Shown piece after piece: positions 60,969 to 64,000 of a stretch of DNA of 64,000 nt; the first letter of the stretch is position 1; each line of letters begins with the position of its first letter. Position numbers and translations under genes: made by a program. This stretch comes from Cenococcum geophilum (lineage: Eukaryota): positions 19,964,001 through 20,028,000 of the forward strand of contig CP158635.1 in the NCBI GenBank assembly GCA_050273025.1. The letters run 5' to 3'. The notes below the pieces were generated by a model. The model was given only the letters and a program-made list of their open reading frames with translations. It was not told the origin of the DNA and ran no database searches.

Positions 60969-63900
60969 TCAAGTCCCGAATGACTTGGCCTTGTCCTTGA
61001 GCTCTGCCGCCAACCTCTCCAGGTAGAACTTGCCAACATCCACCGGTAGTCCTTGAAAAGACCTGAAGATACGTTCTACATCTCTCCTGCCGTTCTCATA
61101 TGCCTGAAGGTCTCGATTGCCGTATACATCCTTTCCAACGGCATAGCCATGATCAAGGTTACGGAAGAACACATTTACGGCCACGCTCATACCGTCAGTC
61201 GGTGTAGCTGTATGGGGCCACATTGGCGGGATGAAAAGAATGTCTCCCGGGCTGAGATTAGCGTCATGTGGATGTGTATTCTCGAGGGCAACATGTTTCG
61301 CCATAAAAACATCGATATTGGAACTTGAGCCGCCAGGCGGAAAACCCAAGTGCGTAACGTCGGAAGGAGGATAGAGTCGGAGAGTCTTGGTGCCGCGGAT
61401 CTGGCAGAGGACGTTGGCTAAAACATCGTAATGCAGCCAGAGTGTGACTGGGCCTGAGACTCGCAACGGCGAGCTATGCATATTCTCGGCGACTGGGGCG
61501 AGCACCTGTGGTAAATGGAAGTCCTGAGAAATTCCGGGAAAGTCCTCTCCTAATTTTGTGGGCTGTCTTGTAGGCTGACTAGCTGAAAGGGCGCGTAGGT
61601 AAGATTTCTCTCCTTGAGAAACCCCTCTGATAAACTCTCCGAACGGCTTTCTGATGTAAGAGAAGTTCTTCTCCTGGAAAGTCATGCGGTCTGTAGTGCA
61701 AGAGTGTACAACCACAGATCTCTCGGAGCCGACCATCTCTTCAAGATACTCGGGTGACCACAGGTGGACGCAAGGTCCCACATCCAATCCTTCTAGCACC
61801 GCTGGCTCTGAAGCCTTGAGTAGGTCTACGAAATCATTGGTTGATTTAATCCGGACTCTCTGAATGGCTTTCGGTTGTGGCCTGGCACGTTTCTTTGATG
61901 ACAATCCACTCAACACATTTTCGGTAGCCTTTCCTTTCATGGCTGGCGAGTTTCTGTTGTTTAACTTACGAGGTACTTCCTGCTCGTTGGTTGGATTACT
62001 ACACCAACTAGTTTCTCCGGTTCTTTCCCTTATTGAAAGGGGACCTGCGTTCCAGAAACTTCCCATAGAAAAACAAACGGCCCCGCCTCCTACTAGGAAT
62101 ACCTCCTGGTCTGAAATGCCGACTGCACCAAAGCCCACCAGTAGAGGCCGTGGTCCATTATTCGATAATAGGTCTAAGCTCTTCACTTCGATGTTTCGCC
62201 TAAGCCTGATGACCAGGAGCTCTTCCTTTGCAAAGAGTATCCGGTTTTTGGTAACTCCACCTATCAGCAATAGATCCTTTCCAAAAGGGACAAGATTCGC
62301 CCCAAATCGTGGATAGCTTAATTCGGCGCAGATTGGTGTAACATACTGGCTTCGATCGTTACAGGAGATCTCTACTCCCTGGCCAATCCTCAACTCCCAC
62401 TCCCAGATGTCCGAAATCAGCTTTCCATCAGCAGTCATACCGCCAGTGAGCACGCCTGTGACCACTGTAGTCGTGAATTCTCCAAAGGTAGCCATAGACG
62501 CACCAAATCTTGCAGGTGGACAACCTCCACTCACTGAGACATTACGCCAACCTCGGTCAGGTTCCCATATTTTCCATTCATCTAGTGTACTTCCTGAGCT
62601 TGTCTTGCCGCCAAATACAAGAACACCTTCAATGTCACTGTCCTCGTGCACAATTCGCACCCGCACTGCACAATGCCTAAAGCGGGCAGGTTCCAGAATT
62701 TCTACCTGTTTCCAGATGCCGTCCTTGAAAAACCAACAGTTTGGGTTTGCATGATTTGGCGATGTTCGGCCACCCACCATGAGAGCATATTCATCTTTGA
62801 TGGTGGTAATCGTATGACACATGTAAGCTTCCTTCGTCGGTGGCCCTTCAAGTGACTCGAGTCCCTTATTCGATCCTGTTTCTGCTTTTAAGTACGAGTC
62901 AGCAGTCATCAGTCGGGTTTGTGCACCAAGCCCTCCATGGAAAGCTACAATGCCGCGCCCGAGACTAAAGGCAGCACCGAAGCGACGTCGATTACCGGAA
63001 CCATTTCCAGAACAAGCCGCATAAGTGAATTCAAAGTTCGGGCTATCCAGAGCGGGTGGAATATTATTCCAAAAGGTAACATCGAGCACTTCATCGTTCG
63101 CGGATGCGACATTGGTGTGATTGAATCCACCCTGACAGTTCCTTGCGACCAAGAGAAAATAATGTCCCGAAAATAATGCAAATTCCTCCCATTCGTCAAA
63201 TGGCTCAATTAAATCTAACGCCAGCCTTTGCTCTTGAGAGATATACTCAGAATTAGCCCAGAGCTGCCACAAGTTTTGTACATGGACTGATGGCCAACCA
63301 GCCTCGACGAAGCGGCGATGCTGATCCTGCAATTTTGGGTAACTCGATATGCATCGAAGTGCCGTTCTGAGCTTTTCAAAGTGTTTGATCATCGTCTGTG
63401 CAAATGGATGATCAGGTCCATCGGGAAGGTATTGCTCTAGCAAACAAAACCGTGCTAGGTAAAATAGCTTAGAACACGAAAATTTGCGAATTATGGTAGA
63501 CGCTTACCGTCGTTAAAGGAGCTGGTCCACCTAATAAGAGAATTGGCCTCTTCAACGCCCATATACGTAATAGATACCTCTGCCACGAATAAGACCGATT
63601 GATTTGCAATGTCAAGCTTCCTTTTCAGCACTTGCTCGAGTACTTTAAGGTCTCGAAGATCACATCCCAAGGCAATGTATCTCTTGTTCCGAAGTAATAT
63701 AGGTGGCTCTGACATGCAACGTTTCTCGCCTAGAAAAGACTCCCGAAAAAGGCTACTGGCCAGAATGATGTCTCTCTTTTTGGCCACGAGCTGGGGATAA
63801 TCCACATCCACGAAGGTAGCATGATTGCATATCGAGGGGTATTTGTGCCAGAACTGAAAGGGTAAGGGGTCACTGGCGGTATGAGTGTCCAGGAAAAGTG

Positions 63901-64000
63901 GAAAACTGAACGATGCCTTTCTTACTCACTATCCACATCCTAGATTGATGACAACCTTCTCCTTTCCTGTATCTTCTTCCAAGAATTTCCGTACTACAAG
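60969..64000 (-). CDS. TYW4: tRNA wybutosine-synthesizing protein 4 (LCM methyltransferase + Kelch + JmjC); 5' end lies beyond the window
   Basis: VVINLGCGYDPLPFQ, FVDVDYP.L, LFVAEVSITYM, PDHPFAQTM.KHF, EPFDEWEEFALF; Kelch GG repeats; JmjC LWLHYDV.AN...LFIPPMWPHTA...VNVFFR. Confidence 0.93.

Overview
Intron-containing genomic DNA from a filamentous ascomycete (Pezizomycotina, probably a Dothideomycete; GT-AG introns with CTRAC branch sites, strong RIP signature). About 17 protein-coding loci are recognisable: SUMO, a fused succinyl-CoA-ligase alpha+beta-like gene, GID8, uridine kinase, PPG1, AP-3 beta, Rho-GDI, a Bqt4-like APSES protein, NUF2, thioredoxin, TYW4-JmjC and several hypothetical proteins. 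There is also a small accessory island (~9.9-14.6 kb), a decayed GPI-adhesin gene and a ~13.8 kb nested transposon block (40.8-54.6 kb). Main observations: (1) a single spliced ORF joins an SCS-alpha-like domain to an SCS-beta-like domain through a linker that looks like a second mitochondrial presequence, and the beta half lacks the nucleotide-binding ATP-grasp lid; (2) GID8 introns 2 and 3 each hold a box C/D snoRNA with a readable rRNA guide; (3) a 13.5 kb element with hairpin-containing bipartite ends and an 8-bp TSD sits inside a piggyBac remnant and contains a 12-bp minisatellite, RIP-destroyed LINEs and a younger, largely un-RIPped 1.65 kb LINE derivative with a 14-bp TSD. All gene models were spliced by hand and all homologies are from recalled family motifs; no searches were run.
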